From: Paecilomyces variotii
Lineage: Eukaryota
Reading direction: 5' to 3' (one strand)
Length of the DNA: 64,000 nt
Assembly: GCA_004022145.1 (NCBI GenBank)
Contig: RCNU01000009.1
Shown: piece after piece, positions 50,899 through 64,000 of the stretch
Position numbering within the stretch: position 1 is the first letter of the stretch
Layout: every line of letters begins with the position of its first letter
Made by a program: the position numbers and the translations under genes
Notes under the pieces: model-generated
Told to the model about the DNA's origin: nothing
The model's database searches: none
What the model saw: only the letters and a program-made list of their open reading frames with translations

Positions 50899-52758
50899 CT
50901 ACGCGCTGGGTTCGCTCAACAGGTCGGTCATACCCTTAGGCACGCGTGGTGGGGAGATAGTCCCCGGATTGCGCCAGAGCTCACCACACGGAGAGGCATC
51001 TCCCTTGGTAGCCAGGTTGGGGAACAGAGGCCCATTGTTGCGGGCAGCACCCGGTGGCAGGGGATGCATTGGTTTGGCGGATTCGCCCTTCTCCAACTTG
51101 ACCGCTTTGGCTGTGCCGGCCGCAGCCTTGGTCCCTTTGGTAACCTTGCTGAAAGATGTGATCTTGGTGACCTTGGCGGCCTGTTCTTTCTTTGCACGGG
51201 GCTTGGTCGCCTTTGTGGTCTTGTTGGCCGTGCCCTTCTTCGGGCCTGGCTTTTTGGGATTTGCTGTCTTGGTTCCCCGGAGAACGTCGTTGATGCTGGG
51301 GCCTTTGCTGGCCGGGTTCGCACGCGGAGCCGGGGATTGTCTCTGCGAAACCCCTGACATCTCGTCGTGACTGGAGGAGGGCGTGAGGAAGCCTGTATTT
51401 GTCTTCTGCTGCTTGTGCGGCGTCGTGGGGACCACGACGGAAAAGCCACCATGCTGCTTCTTCACCCGCTCCACCTCGGAAGCATCGCATTCGTCGAAGA
51501 CATTTTCGCTGTCGTCGTCCCACCGCTTCAGCCCGGCTAATCTAGCGACTTCCTCGCAGTCTCCCGTCACCATGAGGTCCCAGCAGTCCTCGAACTCCTT
51601 GCCCACTGGCGGGTCGTTGTTGATCCACATCGTGACTCCATTTCGCCGGCTGCGGACAACTGTACACATGTCTTTCACGAGACGACGTACGCCTGGGATC
51701 TTCAAGCTGGTTCCTACGACGATTAGAGCATCGGGCCGGGATCGAATGTCTGAATTCATGACGGAAGCAATGGCCTCCTCGTCCGGGTTATGTTCGTTGT
51801 AGAGGACAATGCGCGGTCGCATCTTGCCTACTCCGTGACTGCGTTGACCAGTCTCAGCGCGGAATGCATCTGTCTCCGAGCACGCAGGACAAAGAGGCGC
51901 ATCAGGACCATCGAAGAGCTCGCGTTGGAAATCCGAGAGGTGGCGGCATTTCTGGCACACCATCTTGTCAAGGCTGCCATGGAGTTGGATGGTGCGTGGC
52001 CATGGTGCCTTGTTGTTCAGTGGAACCTGCGTCGCCAGCGGTGGCATCGAAGTCTCGATGCAATCAATGTTCTGGGTGTAGAGTCGCGCCAGGCGATTCT
52101 CCTTGGCCAGTCGAGCTAGAAGGTGGTGAAAGGCGGTCGGGGAGGATTTGGCGGCCTCCTCGGACAAGGAGCGTACCATCTCGTGGAAGGACGCGGTGAG
52201 GGAGTCATCGCGGTAGACCGCTGCGTCAAAGAGCAGCTTGCCGGACGACTTGAGGTTGTGCTTCTTCTGCACCGACTTGAAGAGCCCGTCTGTCGAGCGG
52301 AAGTCAGGAACTACAGGACTGCGTTAGCGCTGGCAGAAGGCCGTTGCAGCCAGGAACGGGGAACACCTACTGCCGGCCGACGTGGAGATGCCGGCACCGG
52401 CAATCACCACGATCTTGCGGTGTTTGCGCAAGGTCTTCTTCAGCAGATCCAGCTGTGCCTGCTGCTGGGCGTAGGACTGCTCGTCATTGCGGGATAGATC
52501 CAAGTGCTGCGTCGTGCGCGGTTTGGGTTCCACCCGCCTCCTCTTCTTCGCGGGCCTTTCGTCTTGGCTGCGCGCCGCGCTAAAGTCGTCCGCATCTTGA
52601 TCCTGCGAGGGCGGCGGCGAGGGATAGAACCCCGGCGGTGGACGAGGAGATGCCGGGGGTGAACTGAGATCAGACGTATCGGTATCGTCGTCTATCTCCA
52701 TCGCAGTCACGATGGGCTGCGTGGTCGCATTGTATGCGGCCGTGGATGTGGCCGCCAT
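50899..52758 (-). CDS. HST4: Sirtuin (NAD-dependent deacetylase), Hst3/Hst4 class, 2 exons
   Basis: GAGISTSAG|.PDFRS, YTQNID, IQLHGS, Zn-binding CQKC...CPAC, RPRIVLYNE and VGTSLKIPG. Confidence 0.9.
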
Positions 52759-53943
52759 CAGGTGAGGTTGTAAGAGATTGACGGAGCACGCGCTCCTTCA
52801 GCTGGCTCGGGATAGATCGAAGAAGGACACAAACCAGGCGCATGGGGGAATCTTCCGGTAAAACTAGAGAATTAAAGGGAAAACCCCAAATCCAGGATGA
52901 TTTTCGGGGAGGTAAATGGTCCAGCGGTCGAGAACCAGTCAGTTGCCCGATCTCTCTGAGCCTGGAGGTGGGAAGAGAGAAAAGAAAGAGAGAAAAAAGG
53001 GACCAGAGATCGGGCGACGTTAGATGAGGTCAGGACGGTGTCGCTGTGCCGGACTCAGAAAGTCTGGCTCAGGGCGAGAGAGCAAAGCGGCTCGCTTGGC
53101 TTGCAAGCGCTTGTGTTTATTTTGACCCGCCAGGGCAGAGGGGGAATCCGATCCGGCGGCAGTGGGAGGAATGCTCGAGCACGGGGGGTTCACTAACTAA
53201 CTAATAAGATGTTGGGAGATAGAGAGACAGGATCAATTAATTCATCGCAGGAAGAATGGGACGGGACGTTCCCAAGTCATGGCGGTGTGTCTTGCAGAAT
53301 ATTGTGATCCAGGCTACTGTACGTCAGAGTCCCTTGGTGATAGTGAACTACCTAGTTACTCTACTCTAACAATAATCATAATCCCTCGTGGGAACAGAAT
53401 AATACAACACAACACTTGCCGGTCTCAAATGTCAATTGCTGGTATAAGAATTACTCTGCTGCCGCTTGTCTGGCGCCGCTGATTGGCTGCGGCTGTGCTG
53501 TCTCCACTGTCGCTTGCGTTGGCGGGGAGACGGCGCTTGTGTCATGTGCCAGCTGACTCAGCATGGCTCGTGCTGCTGCCTCCGGGGAAGTTGGGAGGAT
53601 CGAGAGAGACAGGATAATAATACAGGGAAAGTCGATGGATGGACCGAACTTAACGGCCAGTACTTTCCCTCTTTCGTCTCGAGTATTCCGCCGTCCATTG
53701 GAGCTGCTGTTGAGATACCCAGATCTGCTATTTTCTTGTATTTCGCTTGTATGATTGCATCCTGATTCGTTAAATGTGTCCGTTGATGCGCTATACCTAC
53801 CCATTGGCATCTACATCTGCTCGGTTAGAACATGGCGTGTGGCTTCACCAGCATCTGTGAATTGTACTAGTGAACGACTTTGTGGAAAAAAGAAAAGGAC
53901 ACACTGTATCTCTTATCCCTTCTGTTTGCTGCAAATCTTCAGC

Positions 53944-56900
53944 ATGCCCATGATCATGGAGGAAGGCATCGATGTGGATGATCTATTCGGGGATCCCTCT
54001 TCCCTCGAGTTGGGCCTTTCATCAACGACAGCGACGAAAGGTCTGGCTCAGCGCTTGGATGAGATGCGCCTCGTGGGATGCTGCCAGTATGTGTGTCCCC
54101 GTGCATCGTCCTTCTAGAGCCTTTCCAGCTGATGCATCGCAGAAAAGTCGCCTGGTCCAGGCTGGGCTGTATTGCATATATCTCGCAAGACGGTCTCAGG
54201 GTGAATGTGCGCCATTTATACTGCCGGCCCACAGATGGTAAATGGACTCTCAGCGAAGATACGCCTCTCACGGCTGTTACAGAGGCTCACGGGAGTCACC
54301 CACTCGCTCATCTGTCCTGGAACGAAACGGGCTCCGAACTGGCCGTCGTGGATTCTTCCGGAAGGGTCTCGATATACGCTATATCGATTGCCCTCAACAG
54401 CATTTCCGGTCAACGACAGGCAGTCCTTGACGCCGACGATGATGGAGGTCAGATCGTCGGGATGATGTGGCTCAATTTGCAACGAATCGTATGGACTTCC
54501 TGGACGCTTCATGCAGCATGTACCCCTGTAGTAGCATGACTGACTCGCAAACTAGATTCATGCTTTCCACCAGGCGGCAAAGCTAAATGGCCGCTGGGGA
54601 TATTCGCCTTTCCGCCGCCGGCCCATCGGCCCCTTCCACCCAGTAAACAAGTCAGCACTGGTCTGCATCACCCGGTCTGCCCAGATCCGATTGCTCTATC
54701 AGAATCCCGACAGTAGATGGGCAGAAGTCTCAACGGAACTCAAGCACACTGCTCACTCAGACGGGCTCTTAACACACGCTGCCCTGGCGCCGATTCAAGG
54801 TTGGTTGGTCCCATAGCCAGATTATCAATGCTGTCCTATCACTGACCCTGTCCGAATATAGGCGGCATTATCCTGGCGACCCATTCTGCATGTCAAAAGA
54901 TCTCGGTTTACCGTGTGAATATCACATGGAATCCTCCGCAATGGGACCCCAACCAACCCAAGCAAGCATCCGCTGCAGCCCCTTTTCCAACACCCACCCT
55001 TCGCTTCTTGCACAGCAAGATCGAAACATCAAGCGGTGTCTTTGACAAAGGTCGTTCAGGACTCGATCATTCCGATGATCTTTCTCACTCCGCCAACTCA
55101 CTGTATTGTCTCACCCGTCTCGATATCGTCCCGGGACCGTCCGAGAGCACGGCGGGAAGCGCCTCTGGGCCGTGGATTATCGCGGTGTTCTCAAGTCCTG
55201 TGCATGTCAGCGAGGACCATCACCAGCAGCAACACCACCAGCAACAGCAGCAGGGTGCTTCAAGTATCATTGTCAGATGGCAGCTGGAGACAGCCGCACA
55301 GTCGCTCCATCCCAAGTTTGATGAGGTGGTATCTAAGAAGAGCAATGCCCAGACCAAGGTAAGCAAATGTTGATGTCTGTCGGAAAGCATGATATATTGA
55401 CGTTATATAGCCTCGGATAGATCTAAGACGGCTCGAGGACGTCTATTCAGATAGATATATCGTATCTGTAGACCACACGGAATATGGTAACGTGCTTTCT
55501 GTGACGTACGACGATAGTTCTATCGCATTCTATGATCCCAAGACCATGACCAACTTCAACGGGGTCGATGACACCAATACGGTTACCAGCATGGCTCAGG
55601 CCGGATTCCATTTCCCTCTCGATGCGTCAGGTCGGTGGCCTTCTGTGGACTACTACATGGGAGCTTCTTACTAAATAGCGATAGGTATTCACATCAGCTT
55701 TTCCCCCAATGCATGCTTGGCTGTTGTCCTGGACGCGGACTGGCAGATGCGCTTTAGGACGATGGAGCATTCGTTTGGAGCGGAAGAGGGGCTATATGAC
55801 GATAGTAGGTATGGGCTCATCTTTTTGACATAGCTGGTACTAATCGATACAGGTAAATTCTCAGCAGCAGTCGCAGCATTAGCGCTTGCATTTTGTCGCG
55901 GCTGCGGAAGTGATACAAATACAGATGATATAGTCATGATGCTTCTGCGCCAGTTGACTCCAGGTCAGGACTTCCAGCCACTAGATAATCGGACTTCCCT
56001 ACTGACTATGGTCATAGACGCCCAAAGCGTATTCGTCAGTGAAGTCTACCGGGCTCTACCTATTAACTGCAACTTCACGGTCGAACACGACAAGCTTATG
56101 CAACACCCATTCATTCCGCGGTGCTTAAGCGTACAGGCCGCATTGGGTTTCAAAGAGTACAGTAAACCGCGCACGCTGCCAGCGGCAGTACCATGGTCAA
56201 TCCTTCATCTGCGCCATGCCTCTGTACTCTTCGCATACTTTTTCCAGTATAATAAGGGTGCCAGGGAAGCCGAGCCCCATGATCCTGGTGAGCTCCATCC
56301 TTGACAAGAGGCTCTCTTCACACTAACTGGGGATTGTAGATGTGCTACGGATGATCCTGGGAAATACTAAATGGGCTTTGGGTTTTGCCAATTACATCCT
56401 CGACGAACTCTTTGACCTGCAGGATGAGTTTCAAAGCGTCTTCTCTGACCAGGAAGCTTTCGCACAGAAAGGTAAGCGCAGAGCCCACAACACAGAGAAT
56501 TCACTTTCTGTTTTTCAATGTCAACTGACTTTGTGACAGTGAAATCAGCCTCGTCCCTGTCCCTGCTTATTCTCCTCTGCAGCATGTCTCGTGCATTCCT
56601 GCGGTTCATATGCCGCGGACTGCGTGGCGTCTACGCTGGCTTTGCAGCCGCGCATTCTCTCTCCGGCGAGGCCCGTGTAGTTTATGCCGAGATCTGCAAG
56701 GTCATCAGCGCCTCGCCCGTGCGGATTGATGTGTATGAGAAATTTCTGGCAGGTGTCGATTCTGCCGTACGACACGCTTACCAAGGCGCTGGGTTTGGGG
56801 ACGCCGAGCGACCAGCTCCAGAGAAGGAGCTCCTCACCAATGCTCGAATTCCTGCGGTGCTCGTTCCGGCGGTTGCGACCCTTCTACGGCAGACCCTTCC

Positions 56901-57327
56901 CTCAATAAAGCCTGAGATCGATCGCATGGGGCTCTACCTAGCTGATTACAGCTGGCTCGGGATCGGATATGACCGCAGAACAGAGCTCTATCGACGCAGT
57001 AGAGAAGTCGACATCTTGAAAAAGGTCCCCCTGCGGACATCTCCCACTGACACCGCAGATCAGAATGGTGACAGCAACAGAGGGAAGTCTGCAATCCCCC
57101 GACGGCGTTGCACCCGCTGCGGCGAAGTATCTGGAGACGTCACACCGCCACGCTCGTTTCTGTGGTTTCGCCTGGTCGCTAAACTGGGCATTCTGCGGTC
57201 TTGCCTGTGTGGGGGAATGTGGACTTTGGAACCGGGGTCCGCGTCGGTGCCAATGTTGGCACATCAGCAGCACAACTCAGCTCGCACTCCCGCTGCGACT
57301 GCTGCAGTACTTCCCGGTTCTGCGTGA
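53944..57327 (+). CDS. MED16: Mediator tail subunit Med16/Sin4, multi-exon
   Basis: N-terminus [17 protein letters not shown], then [14 protein letters not shown] and [15 protein letters not shown]-like repeats. C-terminal RRCTRC...CLCGGMW zinc ribbon. Confidence 0.9.
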
Positions 57328-57729
57328 TTTTGCGGTAACTGAGAAATCGACATATTTTGCAATCTAATTGACATCTCTCATTAACTATGTGTGATATAGC
57401 CACTAATAACTAGCGGGTGATCTGCTTATAGAGATTTGAGCCTGGCGTCTTCTTTTGCTATGATACTATGTTGGGATCTTATATGGTTTGGGAATACGTT
57501 CTATATTTTCTGCTTATCATGATTTCTATTTGCCGTCGGAGAGAGACAGCTGTGGACCTATTGTGTGACGAGTTATGAATGTAAGATCTAGCAGATTAGA
57601 AGCAGCATGAATATAGAGTGAATGTAGCAATTTCAATTCAATTACACAAGGCATGATGGCATATGGTGTATACATGTCCATAGAAGGCCCGTTCGAAGAC
57701 GCCTGTAGCGATAGATAAGACAGAATAAT

Positions 57730-57732
<3 letters not shown>

Positions 57733-57762
<30 letters not shown>
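57733..57762. repeat. (GA)n microsatellite
   Basis: Seen directly. Confidence 0.9.
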
Positions 57763-57766
<4 letters not shown>

Positions 57767-57997
57767 AGGGAGCATAACCTCCTTGTTAGGTAGGTAGGCA
57801 TCGCATCTCATCGCGTAAAAACCCACAGTATGACATAGGAAATAGGGTGAAAACAAGTGATCGTCAGATGATACTACCAAAAAAAATCAACAATGGATGT
57901 AAATGAGCGTTCATTTCATATCAATAAGGAGGAATCTGGAAATGCAGAAAAAAACAGCAACAGTCTATAATGGACTGGGGAAAAAAGGGATTTATTT

Positions 57998-59202
57998 CTA
58001 GATGAGTTCCAGCGCCTCAACGCCACCGGTTCGTTTGGTGTTTCCGTTGGCAACTTCCATGAGGCTGGTGAATTCGCCGTCTCCGGTAACATCTGTATTG
58101 CATTACAATTCATATGTCAGCCATGTTCTATATGAGGGATAGTTAGACGGTTAGATGATAATTGATTATATAACATACCTATACTCGACTCGTGTCTACT
58201 TCTCGAAGTAGATCTCGAAGCTAACTCTCTCTTCGAGCGCATAGACCGGGACGATGGATTGTCATTGCGTGGTTTTCCCACGACGACAGGCTTCTTCCTC
58301 TCCGTAGCGCTCCTGGCTACGGTTTTCGGATGATTATACACGGGCTGTTTCGGGGCTGTTTCTTCATCGAGAGATATACGATCCCACTCGAAGGTGCTTT
58401 TGCAATGAGGTGACGGCCCATAGGCTGATAGTCGTGCAGAAGGCGCGAGAACGGAAAGGGAGAGAGAAAGAGATAGCCGGTCTGTTTTCTTCTTCCAGTC
58501 TTTGATGGTACTTCTTCTTCGAACTGCCTTGTTTGATGGTTCCGCGAACGTCTGAGTTGGAGTTGGGGGCGAGATCCGGGGTTCGAATGATGGGATTTCA
58601 GCGGCTGTTGAAGTTGCACTGGGTACTCTGGTGCTGTGGTGGTCCCGAAGGGATAGGAGTGTAGACAGGGAAGATTCTCGACGACTTTGAGGTCTATTAC
58701 GTTTCTTCAACGTCGAGGACATCCCGATATTCGGGGTGAAAATCTTCGTGGATGATGTGGTCATTGATGATTTCTCGTAGGTCTTCTTCTCTTTTTCGTG
58801 ATCTGCAATGCTGCTCTTGGTTCTTGATCGGGGGATTTTCAGAGATGACATTCGACTTAGACGCTGTGTGTGTTTTTCCTTGTTGTCGATCTTCTCGTTC
58901 CCTTGCATCTCCACGTCGTCGTATGCTTCTAGCTTGGTGTCGTTTCTCCTCTGATGTTTATCCTGAGGGGATGATCGGAAGAAACGCGAAAGAGACGCTT
59001 GCCATTTAGGCTTCGATTTGTAGTACCTCGATGATGATTGTGAGGTCGACTTCGTGGCCGCATGTTGGATATCAGTTGCTGTTCGTGGTGTCCAGTGTGT
59101 AGAAGAAGAACGAGCGTCCTTGGGTTGTTTTTCAGAACATGAAGAGCCGAGGGGCGAAGAGAAGAGATCTATGGCCTGGAGGCCACTGAATGGGACAAAC
59201 AT
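57998..59202 (-). CDS. Hypothetical Ser/Lys/Arg-rich, probably disordered protein, likely 2 exons
   Basis: 366-codon open frame with first ATG at 59202. A GTATGT donor near 58178, GCTGAC branch and CAG acceptor near 58093 add DVTGDGEFTSLMEV...LELI*. No recognisable domain. Confidence 0.55.
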
Positions 59203-60260
59203 GCTGGATATGAGCACGAGGTCCCTGTTGGCATAGTCTGATCCTGTCTTTGTGAGGGACGGATAATGAAAGGTTTCAAGAGGGAGAGAGAGTGAAGAAG
59301 AAAGGCTAGGCTAAAGAAGTAAACACTTAGGTAGACGGCTTTGTAGGAAATGAAAAAAAAAGACAGAGATGGTTGAAAGAGCGGCATGTGAGAGTTAACA
59401 ATAAAATAATGGTGATTTCTTTTTCTCTTTCAGTTATCCATGGTGAACGATACACAATCGACAACCTCCCCAGATTTTGTTAGGGAAGGAACAATGACAG
59501 GAACACAGAAGACAGCGGGCGAGAGTCAACTGCGAGAAAAGGAAAACTGTCCCTTGCAAGATACAAGTTGATAAGGTATGGGGGAGCTGATAATGCTCTC
59601 AGGCATGATGATGCCTTGCTAGTTTCCCGTCGCAAGGGGGTCGGCTCGCTATGCAGATACCTACCAGGATGGGACATATGGGTGAGCAGTATTTACCCCA
59701 GTTCTGAGGAAGGTCGACCTAGAGTTATGCTGGTAGTGGAGCACATGGAATGAAGAATGTCATATTTTGCAAGTCCATTGGGTGCGATGCATTGGTCATG
59801 ACAGAATCGGGGGTGCTTGGCTGCGCCATTTGGGGACGTTGGATATCCCTTCGGACGGGAGAGCCGGCGCTTTTCAAAACCTGTGACTTCATAAGAGTAT
59901 ACCAACCATGCGAGCGCGCAATCTTCAGTGCCTGTTTGGACGAGTAAATCAATGGAAAGAAAAAGAAAAGGGACTGCTACGTCAATCGACATCATTGATA
60001 ATCGGAGATGGGCGCAAGAAAAAATTTGGTCATGTCATGTCAACAAGTCCTTCATTGCTGGTGCGGATTTTTGGTGCATCCTTTTGTCTTCTCTAAGATA
60101 CATGAAAAATCCACTCTTTCCCCGTTTTTGAAGAAGAATCGATCTCGAACATCCCGGGGAAGGGAGTCGAGTCAATTGCTGTTTCCACACTAGCAACGAC
60201 GACCCGCGTAGGAAGTTTCGAAAAAACACCGCCTCAAAGCCCATGCATTTTCGTCCCAAT

Positions 60261-60961
60261 TTAAGCCTGTAGCAGAAATTCACATCAGCGCATGTCCTTC
60301 ATATCCAAACAGGATCCGATGTTGCTCCATCTTGCAATCCCCCAGGTATATGGGTCGGCTCGGTTTCTTCATACCTTAACGGCGTACTTCCGCTGGGGGA
60401 AGTGGATCTGGCGCTTCCTCTCCTTCTCAGTGACGAGGGAGGCCTCGTGCTTGGTGAGTCTTCGGCGGATGGCACGGGTCTTCTTGGCTCGGAGGTCGAG
60501 AGGGAGGTACTTCTTGTTCTTGTAGAACAGACGCAGCTGAGCGCGCTGGTTGGCGTTGATGACGGTCAGGATACGGGCGATCGACTTGCGGAGGTCGTGG
60601 CTGCAAAGAAAAAAAAATTCTCCATGTCAGTCTCGTATTATTCCCCGTCATTTCCTTCTTTTTCCATCGTAGCTATCGCCCATTTTCCGTCTCTTTATAT
60701 TCTTATCTTTCGGGAGGAGATTGAACGCACATTCTGGTGAGCTTGGAAGCAGCACCGCCAGAGACCTTCTGGACGCGGATCTGGTTCAGCTCAGTCTTGA
60801 GCTCCTCGAGCTGCTTCGTGAGGTCATCCTTGCTCTTTCCCCAGAGCTGACCGGTCTTGACCTTGGCAGACGACTGGAAAACGAGAGAAAAATTTCAGTC
60901 AGCATTTCTCTTCCATGCTTTTTTCCGGTGACAGCGATTCTGAAGGTCAAAAACGTACCAT
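60261..60961 (-). CDS. RPL35: 60S ribosomal protein uL29 (L35), 4 exons
   Basis: ATG-only first exon (60959-60961), then [34 protein letters not shown] and [15 protein letters not shown]...[19 protein letters not shown]...FPQRKYAVK. Terminal micro-exon GCT TAA at 60261-60266. Confidence 0.95.
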
Positions 60962-61314
60962 GGTGGGCGGCTTCGAGTCGGGTCGTGAAGGTTGTCGACT
61001 TGATGATTGAAGATAGCACCGCTCAATTTGATGTTTCGTTGTGGGACTAGGGCTTTTTTCGTGGTGCGGCCTCGCCCTGCGCTAAGCGGGCACAGCGCAC
61101 GTGACTGAGCTGTGGCTTGGCGTCCTGATGCGGGCCGAGGAGGCGTCGTCACTGCGCTGGGGACTCGCTGCGTCGGATTCAAGCAGCGATCGAAGAAGAA
61201 ACCGGGTTGAACCCATCATGCACGTTTCTGATTCTATTGCAAAGGACTACTGGAAGTGGTAGTCTTGAATATCCTCCAGAGATTCTATTTCTATACTACC
61301 ACTAATTGTCACTA

Positions 61315-62129
61315 ATGGCTACGTCAACCGGAACCGGATGGGCCCAGCTTCGGCAGCAGGCCCGTTCGTTGGAAACGCAGGTACGGATTTACAGATTCAT
61401 CTCGAGTCTCTGTTGGGATATGATGCTGACTGGATGCGATTTTAGACGGAAGGACTCTTCCACACCTACGCACAGTATGCCTCGATGACCAAACTGCCGC
61501 CGCAGCCTTCGGAAGAAGAGCAACGGATCGAAGGCCAGTTACGGGATCTCCTTGAGAAGGTATAGATGACTCTCATCTGTGAAGGGATCAGTTGTCATTG
61601 AGCAAGAGTGGCTGATAATTCAATGCAGCGCGAAAACCTCATTTCCCAACTATCTCGGCTCCTCGATTCTGAAGCCAGCCTCACCTCCTCTGCCCTCAAA
61701 CAGAACAACCTCTCCCGTCATCGAGAGGTCCTCCACGACCATCGACGTGAGCTGCAGCGCCTGAAGGCAAGCATATCCGAATCCAGAGACCGAGCGAACC
61801 TCCTCTCCAACGTTCGTTCCGATATCGATGCGTACAGATCCAACAACCCCGAAGCGGAAGCCGAATACATGCTCCAGGAGAGGGGGCATCTTGACAGCAG
61901 TCATAATGTAATGGATGGCGTGCTGAGCCAGGCATATGCCATCAACGAGAATTTTGCTTTCCAGCGAGAGACGCTGGCTAGTATCAACCGACGAATTGTC
62001 GGGGCTGCTAGCTCGATTCCCGGTGTGAACTCGTTGATTGGGAAGATCGGCGCAAAGAGACGACGGGATGGCATTATTCTGGGTGCTTTTATTGGCTTTT
62101 GTTTCCTAATGCTGCTCTTTTTCCGATGA
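61315..62129 (+). CDS. GOS1: Golgi Qb-SNARE Gos1, 3 exons
   Basis: GTGWAQLRQQARSLETQ|TEGLFHTYAQ, RHREVL.D, and a SNARE helix ending RRRDGIILG plus a C-terminal TM anchor. Confidence 0.93.
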
Positions 62130-62303
62130 AGCGGATCTGATCCTTAACATACCCTCTTTCCCTGACATCAGCAACGGCGTTCCTTGGGTATCATCTTTCC
62201 GTTTTTCTTTCATGTCCTGCGGATCAATTATGGTACGGTCTGGCGTTGGTTGGTTCTATCGATCATCATAAATGTACATATAATATACAGATTTGTTTGC
62301 CCA

Positions 62304-63490
62304 TCAGGCTCTCGACACTACCCGTGGTCTGAGGCTTGCCGGGCTTTTCTGTTTGGTGCTTTCCCACTCTGCAGCTGGCGTGGCCGACTCAATGGATTTC
62401 TTTTTCTCTGCAATCAACCTCAACAGACCATTGTTCAGAGAATCCAGCTCCTCCTCCTCAGCGGGTCCACTGCCAGCCCAGCGGATCCTGCAGTTCTCGT
62501 CTAGAAGGTAGACGTATCCGACCTTGCTGTTCATCATGCCGATAGCCTCCTTCAGACCGTCGTCGAGACCCTTCCGCACAAGGAAATACTTGTCATGCTG
62601 CTCCTTCGGCAGTTTCCTCCTCATGCTCCACATAAACATCCGAACTATCCAAGCCTTAAGCGCATTTTCTTCCAAATTAATATCGACCTTCTGCGCGAAC
62701 CGGTTCTCACTCGCTAGAATCTCGTACAACCCCGGGTTCTGCTTCGGACCCGTAAATGTAGCGACCTGCGTCTCTGCCCAGACACTAGAGAAGAGGCTCA
62801 CGATGGAGACCTTGCCGCGAAGCAGGGTGGTCGTATTCAGTGGCTTGCTGGGCGATGCCAATGTGATACCGTACATGTTGGGGAAGTAGAGGGCGGCATC
62901 GCGCTTGAATAACCGCGCAGGTGACAGGAATGACTTTCCCTCGTGATACTGCATATTTGTCCATTCGCGGAAATACGGCTTGGAGACTTGTCGAGTTCTA
63001 TTCGGGGTGAAAATGACTAGGTTAGCAATGTCTTTGGGTGAAAAGCAGATATATGACTCCATTGCGAATGTGCAGAAGGCGGTTCATACAGCTCTTTCCG
63101 TCTCTGAATATGTTTCTCATAATCGACAAAATCATCACGACGCTGTCGCAACGTGCGCGCATCGATTCCGGTATTCTGCCATTCCTGCGGAGGATATGCG
63201 AGGCCCAGAGGACGGTCGAGCGGCTTGGGGATGAATTCGGGATTTGGGTTTTCTCCCTCGATTGGTTCTGGAGAGGGTTTCTCTTCTGCGTCTTGTGTCT
63301 TCTGTTCTGGAGTCGGAGAGGGTTGTTTTTCCTCGTTGCCCGTGCTGCTTTTGCTGGCGTAGTGTCGCCGGACAGATCTTGAGATTGGAGTCGCATTGCG
63401 GAATTGGCAGCCTAGGCACCGACCGCTTTGCAGAAAGGAGGAGCTCTCGAGTAGGAAGGAGAATGATGCCGGTTTCAACATGATGGGCAT
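62304..63490 (-). CDS. ATP10: Mitochondrial ATP synthase assembly factor Atp10, 2 exons
   Basis: Arg/Ser-rich presequence, PLDRPLG...NTGIDARTLRQRRDDFVDYEKH, KPYFREW, ALYFPN and GYVYLLD.NCRIRWAGSG. Confidence 0.93.
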
Positions 63491-63865
63491 GCTTGGGACT
63501 GCAGCCTGGAGGTCAATGATAATGATTAACTGCGCGGTAGAGCATTACAGTTACCATCACTTGGGCCGCATTTAAGTGACCGACCGCCGACAATAAGTCC
63601 GTACCCCAAACGGGTTAAATGAAGTGGAGGACAAGTAACGTGACTTGGCGGCATTTTCGCGGAAGTTGTCCCTCGCGTCTACTGGTAGGACGTGTTACCC
63701 CGCCTGGATGACCCAAGGGTGAAGAGAGGCATATGCGCTTCTTTGCCTCGTTTACTCGTTAAAGTTACACAAGTTGGCTCTCACTTTAGGCATCTATTCT
63801 GCCGTCCACATGGCTTGCTGTTCTTGTTCAGATGGGATAGTGCGGCGGGACAGGAAGCGGCAGAA

Positions 63866-64000
63866 ATGGCGGGGAGAGGCAGCAAAGAAAGCTTTTTCAA
63901 AGAGCTTGATGACTTGGATAATCTGAGCGGTGACTCTGATGTTGATGATTTTGAGAAGCTTATGAGAAAAGGTCTCGAGAAGAAGAGTCAGAGAACTATC
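63866..64000 (+). CDS. 5' end of a gene running off the window; N-terminus weakly reminiscent of fungal X-family DNA polymerase lambda
   Basis: Open frame MAGRGSKESFFKELDDLDNLSGDSDVDDFEKLMRKG... to the window end, divergent from ATP10. The product guess rests on 45 residues only. Confidence 0.35.
   Translation, partial: MAGRGSKESFFKELDDLDNLSGDSDVDDFEKLMRKGLEKKSQRTI

Noticed and set aside
1-64000. CRISPR array, rRNA, Starship captain recombinase, or secondary-metabolite backbone gene (PKS/NRPS)
   Set aside because: No regularly spaced repeats, rRNA sequence, tyrosine-recombinase-like ORF or synthase domains were seen.

Overview
Intron-rich eukaryotic DNA from a filamentous ascomycete. The gene content and splice signals point to Eurotiales (Aspergillus/Paecilomyces-like; inference, not identified to species). 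The left ~23 kb mixes housekeeping and accessory material: a TpA-rich, RIP-like relic with an LTR-like end, a CFEM/PTH11-type receptor divergent from a cytochrome P450, a peroxisomal thiolase, a UBL-WLM (Wss1-like) protease, a LicD/Mnn4-like transferase and an ABCB/MDR transporter. Two identical tRNA-Glu(CTC) genes bracket a small kinase-like gene and a degenerate relic. The transporter carries a +1 frameshift near its 5' end and appears to host an antisense tRNA-Val(AAC) in its last intron. After a ~7.5 kb gene-poor stretch comes a block of conserved genes: NPL6/RSC7, homeobox hbx1/hbxA with large non-coding flanks, gppA, NUG1, DPB4, HST4, MED16, an unknown S/K/R-rich protein, RPL35, GOS1, ATP10 and the start of one more gene. 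The most interesting observations are the tRNA-bracketed kinase cassette, the tRNA nested in a damaged ABC transporter, and a dense cluster of PacC-type GCCAAG sites upstream of hbx1. All calls come from reading the sequence and recalling family motifs; no searches were run, and exon boundaries are predicted by eye.
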